A DNA stretch of 47,692 nucleotides, taken from the NCBI GenBank assembly GCA_913041665.1, contig CAJWKT010000003.1, positions 1 through 47,692 on the forward strand, read 5' to 3'. Source of the stretch: an uncultured Gammaproteobacteria bacterium. GTDB taxonomy: Bacteria > Pseudomonadota > Gammaproteobacteria > Steroidobacterales > Rariloculaceae. Of the stretch, positions 1-7,858 are shown one piece after another; positions within the stretch are counted from its first letter, which is position 1, and every line of letters begins with the position of its first letter. The translations under genes and the position numbers were made by a program. The notes under the pieces are model-generated. The model saw only the letters and a list, made by a program, of their open reading frames with translations, had not been told where the DNA came from and ran no database searches.

Positions 1-2
1 AC

Positions 3-332
3 TGTTTGCCAGCCGGCAACCAAGAGCCAGTATTCCTTGTCCTAGATGTGCAGGTATCAACAGTTTCTGTGTTAGACAACCAACGAGTGGATGCATGGAA
101 TCAAAATAGCATTGGAACCACCGTTGATATCATAAGATGGGTCTCTCGTTTTACCCTTGACTACACTCCCTGGAATTTAGATCGAAAAACTTTAGTTTTG
201 TCCTTTGGGTCTCCGGCCACTGTCCGCATAACTGTAGATCGTGAGTGGCAATGCAATATTATGTCCGAACAAGAATTACGATCGAAGGCTACTCAGTATC
301 AACGATCACTAGTCCAAGGCAATAAAATTTAA
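3..332 (+). CDS. Hypothetical protein, 5'-partial (frame open to window edge)
   Basis: Open frame from nt 3 to TAA at 330-332; ends ...LDRKTLVL...WQC...GNKI; no recognised catalytic motif. Confidence 0.6.
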   Translation, partial: CLPAGNQEPVFLVLDVQVSTVSVLDNQRVDAWNQNSIGTTVDIIRWVSRFTLDYTPWNLDRKTLVLSFGSPATVRITVDREWQCNIMSEQELRSKATQYQRSLVQGNKI

Positions 333-334
333 CA

Positions 335-394
335 ATGAAAGAACACACACTACCTTCTAACTTTCGCCTGTTTGGATTGTTATTTAAGCTATAA
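335..394 (+). pseudogene. 19-aa N-terminal gene fragment (MKEHTLPSNFRLFGLLFKL*), paralogous to the start of the 4121 ORF
   Basis: 346-375 matches 4138-4167 at 28/30 nt in the same reading frame (TLPSN[F/L]RLFG). Confidence 0.6.
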
Positions 395-399
395 ATAGC

Positions 400-709
400 G
401 TGGCGGAAGGAGAGAGATTTTATGGAGTGGTTTTATTGGATTATTGTAATAGGCTTACATGGATTTCTTGGAGAATCGATCCATTATTGGGGATTATTGT
501 CTTGCCTGGGTTAATAGGTATAAGGATAGCTATTGCATTTTTTAGATGGATTGTATGGGGGGGGGAAGAGACACAGAACGATATAAAATTAAAAAGGAAG
601 CTGAATTAAAAGAAATGGCTCTATTTTTTAAATGCGCCTTGGGGGCTATGTTTTTGGGGCCATAATCATACTTATAATTGCATTATTTCCAGAACAATCA
701 TCTCCTTAG
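400..709 (+). pseudogene. Probably degraded small membrane-protein gene
   Basis: ORF 400-609 has a hydrophobic stretch (LLGIIVLPGLIGIRIAIAFF). A second TM-like piece (MRLGGYVFGAIIILIIALFPEQSSP*) follows in another frame. G9 tract at 557-565. Confidence 0.35.
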
Positions 710-768
710 GAACGGTCAATTACGCGGGAGAGGAAACTGGAACCCTTAAAACGCCTCCAAACCAACCC

Positions 769-901
769 ACCATATATAACTAGTGATCGAACATTTCTAG
801 CCAATTTTGAATGTGAACCAATTACGGTCTATGCTTGGCTAGATCTAAATAAGAGTTTGAATAAAACAAGCCAGCGATAAGCAGACTTGGGAGAGTTTGT
901 G
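769..901 (+). repeat. ~133-bp duplicated leader/promoter element, copy 1
   Basis: Aligns to 3991-4123: 5 mismatches in the first ~80 nt, then more substitutions and short indels; ends GAGTTT-GTG. Confidence 0.93.
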
Positions 902-926
902 ATTAACTACATATCTGCATTGTGCT

Positions 927-1376
927 ATGACAACACCTCCGACTCAGACGAAGAATAGTCGCCTTTATTATCTAGACACGGATGAAACCGTTACTGGAGT
1001 TGTTGAGACGTTCAATAACGACAGTCAGTTGTGGGAGAAACAAAACTACAAAGACGGGAAAAGAGAGGGTCTTGAAGAGAGGTACTCCGAAAACCTTCAA
1101 GTAGTGACAAAAGTAAACTACAAAGACGGGAAAAGAGAGGGTCTTGAGGAGTGGTTCAACGGAGACGGTCAATTACAGTTCAGACTAAACTACAAAGACG
1201 GGAAAAGAGAGGGTCTTTGGGAGATGTTCTACGAAAATGGTCAATTATCTTTCAGAGGGAACTATAAAGACGGGAAACAAGACGGTCTCTTGGAGTATTT
1301 TGACGAAGACGGAAACTTGACCAGTACAGAGACGTACAGGAACGGAGAACTAATCGAAGAAAACCTAAATTCTTAG
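927..1376 (+). CDS. MORN-variant repeat protein (YwqK antitoxin-like family), N-terminus possibly frameshifted
   Basis: 24-aa repeats NYKDGKREGL..(F/Y)xxxGQL, C-terminal TETYRNGELI. Confidence 0.8.
   Translation: MTTPPTQTKNSRLYYLDTDETVTGVVETFNNDSQLWEKQNYKDGKREGLEERYSENLQVVTKVNYKDGKREGLEEWFNGDGQLQFRLNYKDGKREGLWEMFYENGQLSFRGNYKDGKQDGLLEYFDEDGNLTSTETYRNGELIEENLNS
1043..1289 (+). repeat. Intragenic 72-nt periodic repeat
   Basis: Identical 31-mer AAACTACAAAGACGGGAAAAGAGAGGGTCTT at 1043, 1115 and 1187; diverged copy at 1259. Confidence 0.92.
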
Positions 1377-1549
1377 TAGCCCTACAAACCACCACCACAT
1401 TCCATCTAATTCATAACCTCATTTCCAGCCATCCACAGTCTTGACAAGACCCATTAAAGTAAAAAAATTAATTAGAGAGCAATTAAGACTCGACCCTAAA
1501 ACTATCCTTAACCATCCAAATCAATATCAAACCAGACAAGGAGAAAACC

Positions 1550-1624
1550 ATGACAGAGAGAAAAGTAGTACATGATGATTATTGCAGGAGATTCAATATG
1601 GGAAATGTTGGCTTGCAAAGCTGA
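1550..1624 (+). pseudogene. Truncated gene start (MTERKVVHDDY...) running into the 3' end of pabBC
   Basis: AAGGAG at 1538-1543 then ATG at 1550; TTGACA at 1441-1446 upstream; only 24 codons. Confidence 0.35.
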
Positions 1625-3372
1625 CCTGAGTATTGGCCACGAACAGAATTAATCAACAGAAATTCCTTGACACTTGAAAGATCATTTAAATGAACCTTTC
1701 CCTCCTTAATTTTACCTCTATCAAGTAACCATTGCCGGTAGGTACCAGCGAGAAGACCACACCCTATCGGTGGTGTAAGCCACTTTCCATGAATTTTCAT
1801 CACAACATTTGCAATACTGGTTTCCGTGACAAAGCCAGAGCTGTTCCAAAGCAGAACATCCTCACAATCCAAAACAGATTGAAGGGCGCGCTCATATACC
1901 CCCCGCCGAGTAGTTTTATGGTACAAAAACGGGTCGTCTATACCAATAGGTTGGTTAGCCAATCTAATTCGATACTGATCTGCCCGGTGGAATTTAGAAA
2001 CAGGTTGATATTCAAACCCCATCCGACCATCCTTGTGCTGGACAAGACGAATCCTATAGTCCGTACTGTCAAAGTTCTGCACCAGTGATTCAAGTTGTCT
2101 CTCAAGATCTTTCTGATTGAATTGAAACGAAAAATATTCTGCTGATTCGCGCAAACGCCGCATGTGATAATCAAACAAAAAAATACCTTCTGCTGGCCTC
2201 CATAGCATGGTTTCAAGCAAACTAAACTCCTCATTCTGTGGCGCAGAATCCAGAATTTTTGCTTTGGTGATGCACTCAGCATATTCCTCTTCGGGTTTGG
2301 AATCCCAAACAACACCGCTACCAACACCATACACTGCCTCACTTGTGTGCTTATTAATAAGTACCGTTCGTATAGCTACATTGAATTGTGCTTGGCGTCC
2401 CGGAGCCAAATACCCAATAGCTCCTGTATATATCTCTCGCGGACTTTCTTCCAACTTATTAATTAGCTCCATACTAGAAACCTTCGGCGCCCCCGTTACT
2501 GATGCGCTGGGAAACAATGCTTGAAAAATATGAGCAATTGATGCCTCAGTCCTAGCTCCAACCGTTGAGGTCATCTGCCAAACTGTTGGGTGACGTTCTA
2601 CTGTGAACAGATTCGACACATCTATAGAGCCTGGTTCAGAAATACGACCAAGATCATTCCTAACCATGTCTGTAATCATTACATTTTCTGCGCGATTTTT
2701 TTTTGAATGGAAAAGCCAATCACCATATTCTTTATCGCCTTCAAAGGTCATACCACGCTTTGCGGTACCCTTCATGGGCTGACAACTCACTTCATGTCCG
2801 TTTAGCTTAAAAAAAGACTCTGGTGATGCCGACACAATCGCATAATCATTTGCATCCACATACGCTGCGTGGGGGGCGCTGGAAGCAATCCTTAGAAATA
2901 ACCCAAGAGCATCATGTACTCCTTCGGCATATTGACGGACCGTGTAATTAATTTGGTAAGTATTGCCAGCAACGATCTGGCTCTTGATTGTCTCCATCTT
3001 ACGAAAATAACGTGACTGGTTTTCGCTCATACGCCATACCGGAGAATTAGGTTGCATGACCGCCTTTGCCCGAGGCAGTGAGGACACTCTTATGGGATCG
3101 AGAAATAATCCAAAGCAAAGTACCGGAAGTTTTTTTTGGGCTTTAGTCAGATAACGACTATCAAAACCCGAGGCAGCCTCATAGGTTAGATATCCTGCGG
3201 CGAATAAACCTTCCCGCTCTACGCGTCTCTCTGTTTCATCGAGAAGCCTTACAACCTCTGACGGATAACGAGTAGATAAAGTTTCCACGCAATTCTTAAA
3301 AACAAGCCATTCCCCCTTAATGGAGTCTCTCAACACAATTTGATTGAGCATGGAGGCGGGTCGTTCAGACAT
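1579..3372 (-). CDS. pabB: Bifunctional aminodeoxychorismate synthase component I / class IV aminotransferase-like ADC lyase (PabB-PabC fusion)
   Basis: Chorismate-binding motifs YQINYT, SPESF, PMKGT, AENVMITDMVRNDL, SVTGAPK, YTGAIG. C-terminal domain LLETM, FLYHKTTRR, TETSIAN, GLLAGTYR, NSVRG. Confidence 0.92.
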   Translation of the reverse strand: MSERPASMLNQIVLRDSIKGEWLVFKNCVETLSTRYPSEVVRLLDETERRVEREGLFAAGYLTYEAASGFDSRYLTKAQKKLPVLCFGLFLDPIRVSSLPRAKAVMQPNSPVWRMSENQSRYFRKMETIKSQIVAGNTYQINYTVRQYAEGVHDALGLFLRIASSAPHAAYVDANDYAIVSASPESFFKLNGHEVSCQPMKGTAKRGMTFEGDKEYGDWLFHSKKNRAENVMITDMVRNDLGRISEPGSIDVSNLFTVERHPTVWQMTSTVGARTEASIAHIFQALFPSASVTGAPKVSSMELINKLEESPREIYTGAIGYLAPGRQAQFNVAIRTVLINKHTSEAVYGVGSGVVWDSKPEEEYAECITKAKILDSAPQNEEFSLLETMLWRPAEGIFLFDYHMRRLRESAEYFSFQFNQKDLERQLESLVQNFDSTDYRIRLVQHKDGRMGFEYQPVSKFHRADQYRIRLANQPIGIDDPFLYHKTTRRGVYERALQSVLDCEDVLLWNSSGFVTETSIANVVMKIHGKWLTPPIGCGLLAGTYRQWLLDRGKIKEGKVHLNDLSSVKEFLLINSVRGQYSGQLCKPTFPILNLLQ

Positions 3373-3454
3373 TCTGATAGGGAGAAAAATAAAAGTAAAT
3401 CATCACAAAAAACAACAATACTCCAGCTACCAATAACAACCAAATTTCCTTCAT
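3365..3454 (-). CDS. Putative 29-aa single-TM peptide or truncated gene (MKEIWLLLVAGVLLFFVMIYFYFSPYQNV*)
   Basis: Hand translation; AAGGA upstream; its end overlaps the pabB ATG. Confidence 0.4.
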   Translation of the reverse strand: MKEIWLLLVAGVLLFFVMIYFYFSPYQNV

Positions 3455-3622
3455 CAGCAATATCGTCCTTTTAATACCAAAATAGGCATTCTTTCAAGCC
3501 TTTGAAAAACCTAACAAAAATACTGAAAAGTCCTTGCATTTCATGGGCCTGGAGAGTCTATAAGATATTGTTTTAGAAGGAAAAAAAGGACTGTCAGGGA
3601 TATATAGATCTATGGTTCTTTG

Positions 3623-3799
3623 TTAAGTAGATTCACCTATCGTTTTCATCATGCTTTCTTCATATCGTTGGTACTGTTCAAATTTAATTCTAGGATTAGC
3701 GTGTAAGTAGATTTCTGTTGTTGTAATTGAAGCATGACCAGCTAGATCCTTTACACAATGCAAGGACATTCCAGCTTCTAGACTTCTAGTACAGAAATG
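3623..3799 (-). pseudogene. C-terminal remnant of a tyrosine recombinase/integrase
   Basis: Hand translation HFCTRSLEAGMSLHCVKDLAGHASITTTEIYLHANPRIKFEQYQRY...* matches box II (F.T..LE.G..L..V..L.GH.SI.TT.IY.H); in-frame TAG at 3818-3820 cuts off the rest. Confidence 0.88.
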
Positions 3800-3882
3800 A
3801 ATAGATACCCCAATAATCTACCAACTAAACCACATAATCCTACAAAAACAATAAACCCTAAAATAAATAGCAAAAATTCCAT
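3778..3882 (-). CDS. Putative 34-aa hydrophobic peptide or gene fragment (MEFLLFILGFIVFVGLCGLVGRLLGYLFISVLEV*)
   Basis: Hand translation; runs into the integrase remnant in a different frame. Confidence 0.4.
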   Translation of the reverse strand: MEFLLFILGFIVFVGLCGLVGRLLGYLFISVLEV

Positions 3883-3990
3883 TTTATTTTATTGCCCAGA
3901 TGTTGTTAGAACCCTATGAAGAAACAGTATAGATAATTCTGTTTCGACTCAAATTATCTTCACTTTTAGGGCTGCGCAGAAAGTCCCCCT

Positions 3991-4123
3991 ACCATATATA
4001 ACTAGTGATCAAACATTTCTAGCCATTTTTGAATGTGAACCAATTAAGGTCTATGCTCGGGTAGATCTAAAAAAAGAGCTTAAACACAATCAAGCCAGTG
4101 ATAGCAGATTTGGGGAGTTTATG
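3991..4123 (+). repeat. ~133-bp duplicated leader/promoter element, copy 2
   Basis: Aligns to 769-901; ends GGGGAGTTT-ATG at the start of the 4121 ORF. Confidence 0.93.
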
Positions 4124-4762
4124 ATGGGAAGAAAACGCACACTACCTTCTAATCTTCGCCTGTTTGGGTGGTGCGTTTTTTTGCTGCTTATCTCAACTCA
4201 GAGCTGGGGCCAGCGAGCTTGCCCCCCGAGCCAAGACTTTACAGAGGGGCTCGGCAGTGACTTTGGGGGAGTGGGTTACAGGTGGACCAACTGCATAGGT
4301 ACCTATACCTTACCCGACGGAAGCAAATACGTTGGTGAATTTCAGTTTGGCCAATTTTTTGGGCACGGCACCTATATTTTTCCCGATGAAAGCAAATATG
4401 TCGGTGAGTTCAGCAGCAACACCTTCAACGGACAAGGCACCTTGATTAAGGCAGATGGATCGATTCTGAAAGGCCTATGGGAAGATGGCGTTTTTCAAAG
4501 ACCTCAAGGTTGCTCTGGAAATTATGACCCAATTACTTGGACGAACTGTGTAGGTGTTATTACTTTAGCAGGCGGAAAAAGATACGAGGGTGAGTTCAGG
4601 GACGGCCAACCGAATGGACAAGGTACCTATAGCATTGCCGATGGTGAAAAATACGTGGGCACATTTAAGGACGGTACCTTCAACGGACAGGGCACCCTGA
4701 CCAGGGCAGGATCGACTCTGAAAGGCTTGTGGGAGAATGGTGAATTTTTAGGTAGCAACTAA
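4121..4762 (+). CDS. Exported MORN-repeat protein with two tandem modules
   Basis: Signal-peptide-like N-terminus; repeats KYVGEF...GQGT; two modules WTNC(I/V)G...GLWE(D/N)G; stop overlaps the alaS stop. Confidence 0.85.
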   Translation: MMGRKRTLPSNLRLFGWCVFLLLISTQSWGQRACPPSQDFTEGLGSDFGGVGYRWTNCIGTYTLPDGSKYVGEFQFGQFFGHGTYIFPDESKYVGEFSSNTFNGQGTLIKADGSILKGLWEDGVFQRPQGCSGNYDPITWTNCVGVITLAGGKRYEGEFRDGQPNGQGTYSIADGEKYVGTFKDGTFNGQGTLTRAGSTLKGLWENGEFLGSN

Positions 4763-7362
4763 CTGATGCTATCAGCAACCTGTTTGGCAACTAAGCCTAA
4801 AGCTTCATCCAATTTTTTGGGCTTAGTGCCACCCGCCTGGGCAAAATCCGCCCGTCCACCGCCACTTCCGCCTACATGCTTTGCTATCTTCCCTATCAGC
4901 TGACCGGCTTTGAGTTTGTCCGTCAAATCATCAGTCACCCCGGCTACCAAAAGAACCTTATCCCCATCAACTGCTCCCAGGACAACAACGCCCGAGGATA
5001 GTTTTTCTTTAAGTTGATCTACTGCTTCCCTGAGTCCTTTTGAATCAGCCCCATCGAGTCTTGCCACTACTAATCTTACCCCGCCAACATCCTCCGCCTG
5101 CTCAGCCAGGCCTCCGGTCCTACTCGCGGTAAACTTACCTTTCAAGGACTGCAACTGACGCTCTAAAACACTTTTCTGCTCTCCGAGCTGTTGAACCTTT
5201 TCCGTCAGATCCTCCCGGCCAGCTTTGACAATACCCGCTACACCCTTCAATATATTTTCGTTCTCTTTAACCCAACTGAGCGCACTTTCACCCGTGACCG
5301 CTTCAATTCTCCGGACACCGGACGCGGTACCGCCTTCCGAAACGATCTTGAAAAGGCCAATGTCACCGGTCCGGTTCACATGGGTACCTCCGCAAAGCTC
5401 GGTGGAAAAATCACCCAGCTTGAGCACCCGAACCTCTTCGGCATACTTGTCGCCGAAGAAATGCAGGGCACCTGAATCAATGGCCTCTTGGTAGGGCATC
5501 ACACGAACCTCCGCCTCACTGTTCAGGCGGATCTGCTGGTTCACTAGCCGTTCAATGTTCTCAACCTGTTCCGGGGTTACCGGCTCATGATGGGAGAAAT
5601 CGAACCGTGTTCGATCGGGCGCGACCAGGGACCCCTTCTGCTGTACATGCTGGCCCAGCACTGCGCGTAGGGCCGCGTGCAGCAGATGGGTCGCCGAGTG
5701 GTTCAGAACAACCGAGGCCCGTAGGTTTTCGTCCACCTCGGCGGTCACCGCGTCCCCAACCTTGATGCGTCCCTCACTGACTGTGCCAATGTGGCCGTAG
5801 GCCGAGCCTAGCTTTTGCGTGTCAGCTACGCCGAACAGCTTACCCTTGGCCCATAGCACGCCAGCATCGCCTACTTGACCCCCGCCCTCTGGGTAAAAAG
5901 GCGTGGCATCCAAGACCACAATGCCGTCCGAGCCTGACTTCAGAAGGTCCACCGGCTTGCCACCGGAAAAAAGTGCCTCCACGCGGGCGGCAGAGGACAA
6001 AGTCTCGTAGCCCGTAAAGATAGTAGATGTTTTCAAGCTTGGCAGATCCGGACTCCCCGCTGCAAAACGGCTTCCCTTTCGAGCCCGCTTACGTTGTGCT
6101 TCCATTTCTACTTCGAATCCCTTCTCGTCCACTGTGAGCCCTCTTTCCCGGGCAATGTCAGCTGTCAGGTCCTGCGGAAATCCAAATGTATCGTATAACT
6201 TGAAGACCATCTCGCCCGGTATGATTTTTTCAGGCCCGAGCTCTTGGATGGCATTTTCCAGAATCCCCATCCCTTGGTGCAGAGTCTCGGCAAAGCGCTG
6301 TTCCTCCTGTCGCAGCGCCCTCTCCACTTCCTCGCATCTTTCCGTCAGCTCAGGATAGGCCGGACCCATCTGAACTTCCAGTGGCCTAACAAGCTTATAA
6401 AAAAAAGGTTCTCTAGCTCCCAGCTTATAGCCGTGGCGAATCGCGCGGCGGATGATTCGGCGCAGTACATAGTTACGGTTTTCATTACCCGGCAACACCC
6501 CGTCCGCAATTAAAAAGGAGCAAGCACGAATGTGATCGGCAATGACGCGCAACGATTTATCTGAGATGTCTTCGGTACCGGTAACCTCAGCCGCTTCTTC
6601 GATGAGCCGTTTGAAAATATCAATCTCATAGTTAGAGCTTGCCCCTTGCATCACGGCGGCCAGACGCTCCAGTCCCATCCCGGTATCCACCGAGGGTTTG
6701 GGTAGTGCAGTTAACTTTCCACTTGAATCCCGGTCGAACTGCATGAACACCAGATTCCAAATCTCCACGTACCGGTCGCCGCTCTCATCCGCAGACCCCG
6801 GCGGTCCACCTCCAACTTCTGGGCCATGATCATAGAAAATTTCGCTACACGGCCCACAAGGTCCTATGTCACCCATCGCCCAAAAATTACTCTTCTTTCC
6901 CATCTGAGAGAACCGGCTCGAGTCGATACCGACTCCCTTTAACCAAATCTCCGCTGCATCATCATCTTCCTCAAACACGGTAACCCAGAGCCGTTCGGGA
7001 GGTAGATTCAAAACATCGGTGATGAACTCCCAAGCGTAATGAATTGCTTCATCTTTAAAGTAATCGCCGAAACTAAAATTTCCCAACATCTCAAAAAAAG
7101 TGTGGTGGCGCCCCGTATAGCCCACATTTTCTAGATCATTGTGCTTACCACCAGCTCGCAGGCATCTCTGGGAACTTACCGCCCGAGGTATGGCGCGTTT
7201 CTCCCGGCCGAGAAAAACGTCCTTAAACTGGACCATTCCGGCATTGGTAAAAAGCAGGGTCTGATCATTCGCCGGGATAAGCGGACATCCTGGAACAATC
7301 TCATGCCCCTTCTTTGCAAAATAATCCAGGAAGGCCTGGCGTAGATCATTTACGGTACTCAT
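4759..7362 (-). CDS. alaS: Alanine--tRNA ligase
   Basis: [62 protein letters not shown]. Confidence 0.99.
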   Translation of the reverse strand: MSTVNDLRQAFLDYFAKKGHEIVPGCPLIPANDQTLLFTNAGMVQFKDVFLGREKRAIPRAVSSQRCLRAGGKHNDLENVGYTGRHHTFFEMLGNFSFGDYFKDEAIHYAWEFITDVLNLPPERLWVTVFEEDDDAAEIWLKGVGIDSSRFSQMGKKSNFWAMGDIGPCGPCSEIFYDHGPEVGGGPPGSADESGDRYVEIWNLVFMQFDRDSSGKLTALPKPSVDTGMGLERLAAVMQGASSNYEIDIFKRLIEEAAEVTGTEDISDKSLRVIADHIRACSFLIADGVLPGNENRNYVLRRIIRRAIRHGYKLGAREPFFYKLVRPLEVQMGPAYPELTERCEEVERALRQEEQRFAETLHQGMGILENAIQELGPEKIIPGEMVFKLYDTFGFPQDLTADIARERGLTVDEKGFEVEMEAQRKRARKGSRFAAGSPDLPSLKTSTIFTGYETLSSAARVEALFSGGKPVDLLKSGSDGIVVLDATPFYPEGGGQVGDAGVLWAKGKLFGVADTQKLGSAYGHIGTVSEGRIKVGDAVTAEVDENLRASVVLNHSATHLLHAALRAVLGQHVQQKGSLVAPDRTRFDFSHHEPVTPEQVENIERLVNQQIRLNSEAEVRVMPYQEAIDSGALHFFGDKYAEEVRVLKLGDFSTELCGGTHVNRTGDIGLFKIVSEGGTASGVRRIEAVTGESALSWVKENENILKGVAGIVKAGREDLTEKVQQLGEQKSVLERQLQSLKGKFTASRTGGLAEQAEDVGGVRLVVARLDGADSKGLREAVDQLKEKLSSGVVVLGAVDGDKVLLVAGVTDDLTDKLKAGQLIGKIAKHVGGSGGGRADFAQAGGTKPKKLDEALGLVAKQVADSIS

Positions 7363-7374
7363 GACACTCCGAAG

Positions 7375-7815
7375 CTAATCGGAATTACCGTCAAGATCCA
7401 GTGCCGCATTGATCTGAGCCATCTCGAAACCTCTGTACCTGAGAAATCTTATCTGCCGAACTCGCTCCTTCAGGTCCCCAGGGGCATTGATCCCGAAGCG
7501 TTTTGTACGCGCTGCACCCGCGAGCCCCGACCAATCAAACCCTGCAACTGCCAATGCTGAACGCGCCTCGTGCTCACCAATTCCCCTCTCCAAAAGCTCG
7601 GCCCTTATACGAATCGGTCCATTTCTTTTGAATGCGCGGCTGCGGATAAATTCTTCCACAAAGCGGGTCTCGACCAGCAAACCCTCCTCTTGCAGCTGAT
7701 CCAGCGTACTGCAAATAAACTCTGCATCAAAAGAACGGTCAGCAAGTTTGTTTTCGAGTTCTAGGCGGCTATGCTCACGCCGGGCGAGCAAACCGAGGGC
7801 TTGGCGACGACACAA
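7375..7815 (-). CDS. recX: Regulatory protein RecX
   Basis: LLARREHSRLEL, GPIRIRAELLERGI, RFLRYRGF; lies between recA and alaS; start uncertain. Confidence 0.93.
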   Translation of the reverse strand: MCRRQALGLLARREHSRLELENKLADRSFDAEFICSTLDQLQEEGLLVETRFVEEFIRSRAFKRNGPIRIRAELLERGIGEHEARSALAVAGFDWSGLAGAARTKRFGINAPGDLKERVRQIRFLRYRGFEMAQINAALDLDGNSD

Positions 7816-7858
7816 CTTCCGTTGTTCCTCAACAGAGCGCGAAGGTAACGTAGCTGCT

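Noticed and set aside
796-843. 9-bp inverted repeat TCTAGCCAA/TTGGCTAGA in leader copy 1 as a conserved RNA stem
   Set aside because: Copy 2 has non-compensatory changes that break the pairing.
1043-1217. CRISPR-like look: 31-nt identical repeats with 41-nt spacers
   Set aside because: 72-nt period keeps an open frame encoding MORN-variant repeats; spacers resemble each other; no cas genes in the window.
754-1391. CCT(C/A)CAAACCA at 754-764 and 1381-1391 as a target-site duplication
   Set aside because: Only 10/11 nt in low-complexity C/A-rich sequence; chance is plausible.
2696-2704. A9 tract in pabBC as a phase-variation switch
   Set aside because: Encodes the SKKNR motif in an intact frame; nothing indicates slippage.
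3530-3767. 11-bp inverted repeat GTCCTTGCATT (3530-3540 / 3757-3767)
   Set aside because: One arm lies inside integrase coding sequence; no transposase or target duplication.
769-4123. Integron cassette array
   Set aside because: No attC-like R''/R' structure recognised; repeats precede rather than follow genes; the integrase remnant is too short to assign to IntI.
927-4762. Diversity-generating retroelement template/variable repeat pair
   Set aside because: No reverse transcriptase in the window; repeat mismatches are not adenine-specific and the long repeat is non-coding in both copies.
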